Assembly: GCF_001194135.2 (NCBI RefSeq) | Contig: NC_068983.1 | Location: forward strand, 129,115,250-129,151,907 | DNA length: 36,658 nt | Origin: Octopus bimaculoides | Lineage: Eukaryota | Reading direction: 5' to 3' | The notes under the pieces: model-generated | What the model was told of the DNA's origin: nothing | Databases searched by the model: none | What the model saw: the letters and a program-made list of their open reading frames with translations, nothing else | Shown here: in pieces, positions 34,200-36,658 of the stretch | Layout of the letters: each line of letters begins with the position of its first letter | How positions within the stretch are numbered: position 1 is the first letter of the stretch | Made by a program: the position numbers and the translations under genes

Positions 34200-34510
34200 T
34201 TGTCCTTACTATCGAAACGCGGAGTAGATAAAACAGGGGTCAACTGATGAAAGGAATATTCTTTATGTTGCATGTCTCGTCTGTCTGCTTTTTACGTTGT
34301 TCGAAAAATGTTCGTTTTCTATGTTTTTGCTTATTATGTTATCGTTTCTCATTGTGTCTACGTTTTTTTAATGATCTGTACCCATATATGAATCTATATA
34401 TACATAGATATGTAAGTATGTACATATATGTATGTATATATGCATATGTTTATATCTTATTTATATTATCATTATATGATCGAATGCCTCGGATCATTTT
34501 CAAGGTAAGT
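34200..34510 (+). repeat. Probable fragment of another interspersed repeat, possibly a PLE terminus
   Basis: 34335-34385 resembles 29055-29110 (tt...atgtt...tttc.cattg.tctacg...tgat..gtaccca). It contains cgaaacgcg and ctgatga motifs. Confidence 0.35.
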
Positions 34511-34544
34511 TTTATCTATATATTTGTATACATTGTATACACAC

Positions 34545-34700
<156 letters not shown>

Positions 34701-36427
34701 GTGTACATTGGTCGGCATTGTGTTTCCATCTTTATATGCATTTGCGCAATATGCATTATAGCACTCACCCAGAAACCATATTTTGTGAAGCCATATTCTT
34801 CATGGCATAGCTAAGAGTACGTGTATATACTAATTAGTATTACTCTTAATAAAGGTTACAAAAAAATTATTTGTATAATCCAACGATTCTAATCCATTTC
34901 ATACCGGCAGTATTCTAAATGAATGGGTTAGAACTATCTCGAATATATTTAGTTACTATTATATAGCATTATATCATTGTATAATTCACAACAAGTTTTC
35001 TTCACGATGTTTCTCTTATCTGAATTTAGATAATAAATGAGAAATGTTTCCAGTGAAAAATATGCAATGTCTGTTGTGTACGCTTATATTTCATATTCAT
35101 AGAGTATTCCATGGTGGTTTCATATCTCAATGTTTTTGAATACTACTTCACGTGTATTGCATATTTAATGTTTACACTTCTGTTTCCAGACATGAAAATC
35201 GGTGTGTTATATTCTAATAAAAGTTAACCAGGATTAATTTGGTTTCATTCAGCACGTTGCAACTTGGGAAAATGCTGATTTAAAAACATACGTAGCACAT
35301 TTGTGTAGGAACCAATTTATGAGAAAACTATTCCACTTTATTGTTCATTCAAGAGACATCATGTATATTTGGTTTGAACTTCAGCATAATGTAGTTTAGG
35401 CGTTTATTATTATTTCCATTTTATTAAATTGAAACCCAAAAACAAATGTGCATAATCTGTTCTCTTAACACGCATAGGCTCTTATTAATCAATGGGTAGA
35501 CAAATTAAGCGTATAGTGAAGCTTGCGATAAATAATATGTCATAATAGAAAAAAAACAAAAGGTAGTATTAGAAACAGGATCAACACATCTCTGAAAACA
35601 TTCTTTGCTATCTTCAAATGGCAGATAATCGCTGACTAATATAGTTGCTCTGGTATACACAAAGTGAAGTTTGTTTGAATGTCAGTGAAAATATATTGTC
35701 TGAAAGAGGAAGAAAATGTTGACTAAACTTTCTGGATCATATCAACTGGAATGATATTGCGTCCTCAGTAATTTACAATAGACCTTAAATGAAACAATTT
35801 CTTGAGAACATAACGAAGTTCCCTGCTAAATCCTGATCATCGGATGGATCTGCGGCAGAGATTCTGTCATAAACATGCTTTGAGCGGTCTCTTCTAAAAA
35901 CATCCCAGTAACAGAACGCATTCATTAGCAGACTAAATATTCCATCAGTGGAGTCATTTACTACTAGTATACTGAAATAAATATCTACTTATCAGATTTC
36001 TTATAATCAAATTGACTTCGAAATCTTCAAGTATTATAGCCGTGTATTTCTTATAGAACTTCAATTATTGAAGTTAGAATTACTTAATTAAAGTTTTGGT
36101 GGTTCGCATCCGGAAATTAATTTTAGATTAGTTAATTAATTTTTCTTACATTTAATACATCACACATTTCATCAAATCTAATTATTATTTAAAACTGAAA
36201 ATACTATTCATACGCTCGTGTGTTCACAGAAACACATACAATTTACATATGAATATTAAGTCAAATACGTAAGCAAACGTGTGTACATTAGAAATAGTGT
36301 CTGTATGCGTGTGCATTTCTCTATGCAATCATACTTATACACATAATGCATGGATACATACACTATGAAATTTTGTTTTCTGTTCTGAAAAGTTGATATT
36401 AATAATCCACCTCTGCTGATGATTTCT

Positions 36428-36439
36428 CGTTGTTGTTGC

Positions 36440-36470
<31 letters not shown>

Positions 36471-36534
36471 CTTCTTCTTCTTCTTCTTCTTCTTCTTCTT
36501 CTTCTTCTTCTTCTTCTTCTTCTTCTGCTGCTGC

Positions 36535-36603
<69 letters not shown>

Positions 36604-36640
36604 TTATTATTGTTATTATTATTATTATTATTATTATTCA
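36428..36640. repeat. Compound (TTG)n(TTC)n(TGC)n(TTA)n microsatellite
   Basis: Direct runs; explains the poly-C/S/A/Y ORF. Confidence 0.95.
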
Positions 36641-36658
36641 GTAGTTTTATTTTTATAA

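Overview
AT-rich eukaryotic scaffold, repeat-dominated and probably intronic or intergenic. It has 11 N-gaps (1384-1795, 3259-4008, 5371-5380, 9509-10388, 10904-11173, 12369-12682, 19053-19509, 20240-20480, 21454-21775, 26469-26823, 29111-29240; about 4.1 kb) and many microsatellites. The repeat repertoire suggests a cephalopod, probably Octopus (inference from recall, not searched). No intact protein-coding gene is supported, and most listed ORFs are gap or microsatellite artefacts. Recognisable content is decayed mobile DNA: three different Penelope-like elements (Naiad-like RT at 1-900, Neptune-like endonuclease region at 4.2-4.7 kb, Penelope/Poseidon-type RT plus GIY-YIG at 31.4-33.6 kb), R4/Dong and L1/Tx1 LINE fragments, an internally deleted mariner, and three tRNA-derived SINE families. 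The most interesting signal is the 3' terminal module of the Poseidon-type element: a tRNA-like Pol III head (A and B boxes), then (AAT)n, then a minimal type I hammerhead ribozyme motif, then a tail. The hammerhead-containing part occurs four times in the window as two tail-outward inverted pairs, and all four copies carry core substitutions.
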